From an uncultured Pseudoflavonifractor sp. (GTDB taxonomy: Bacteria; Bacillota; Clostridia; Oscillospirales; Oscillospiraceae), in contig CANEAY010000004.1 of assembly GCA_947425785.1 (NCBI GenBank), positions 66,960-130,959 of the forward strand: 64,000 bases of DNA, read 5' to 3'. Every line of letters starts with the position of its first letter. The first letter of the stretch is position 1. Under the pieces are notes generated by a model. It ran no database searches and was not told the origin of the DNA. It saw only the letters and a list, made by a program, of their open reading frames with translations. Shown piece by piece: positions 63,680 to 64,000 of the stretch. Both the position numbers and the translations under genes were made by a program.

Positions 63680-64000
63680 TCACCGGCCCCACGCATCCTC
63701 CGCCCAGGCGATGGCTCTTCCGTCCCCGTCCAGCAGTGTAAACTCCGCCCGGCAGAGGGTATTCTCATCCAGCTTCTCCCTGCCCACAGGCACCTGCGCC
63801 CAGAAATAGCTCTTATCCTTCCAGGCCGCCCAGTTCTCCCGGGGGATGCGCACAGGCGGCTCCTCCCCATCGGCGGTGCCGTCCTTTTCATAGGACAGCC
63901 GCAGCTCCACCGCCGTCCCCTCGGGCCGGTCCACCCGGCCGAATACCCAGCACTCCGCCCGGCTCCCCTCGTCGTAGAAAAACCATTCTATCTGCCCGTG
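63680..64000 (-). CDS. Hypothetical protein (3' part only; frame open to the window end)
   Basis: Frame stays open from 64000 (HGQIEWFFYDEGSRAECWVFGRVDRPEG...) to the stop at 63680; no recognisable motif. Confidence 0.55.
   Translation of the reverse strand, partial: HGQIEWFFYDEGSRAECWVFGRVDRPEGTAVELRLSYEKDGTADGEEPPVRIPRENWAAWKDKSYFWAQVPVGREKLDENTLCRAEFTLLDGDGRAIAWAEDAWGR

Overview
Chromosomal, mostly core-genome window from a high-GC, spore-forming clostridial bacterium. Gene content and order suggest Oscillospiraceae (Flavonifractor/Pseudoflavonifractor-like); this is an inference, not a database hit. In order it holds: a two-component system with a MacAB/YknXY-like exporter; a Pho regulon block (Na/Pi cotransporter, pstSCAB-phoU-phoP-phoR) with phased TTTAC[AC] boxes; a Moco-riboswitch-controlled modABC-moeA-moeA-like-moaA-(mobB/moaC)-(mog/moaE-like) operon with mobA nearby; tRNA-Ser(GGA); NlpC/P60 and a transglutaminase-like protein; perR/fur-rubrerythrin; intact sigK; a small lower-GC islet with a Vat/CatB-type acetyltransferase between two near-identical hairpins; pyrC-pyrF-pyrK-pyrD and a phosphatase-GNAT fusion; a second Na/Pi cotransporter; a lipoprotein serpin followed by an unexplained structured-RNA-like element; azlCD; a long minus-strand housekeeping run (ddl, murF, ABC-F, prfA, sua5, cat-like, coaE, M18 aminopeptidase); an orphan CHAP hydrolase-holin pair; a sugar isomerase/kinase pair next to tRNA-Ala(GGC); dgt-dnaG-rpoD; a 550-bp XRE/DUF6809-like divergent module with two overlapping promoters and two palindromes; hflX; and rpmE. 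I saw no CRISPR array, transposase, integrase or intact prophage. The best candidates for undescribed biology are the XRE mini-switch (60.9-61.4 kb), the Moco pathway with a degenerate MoaE and no MoaD in the cluster, the stand-alone CHAP-holin unit, the hairpin-bounded acetyltransferase cassette, and the four-stem element after the serpin. All structural and promoter calls were made by eye and need computational confirmation.
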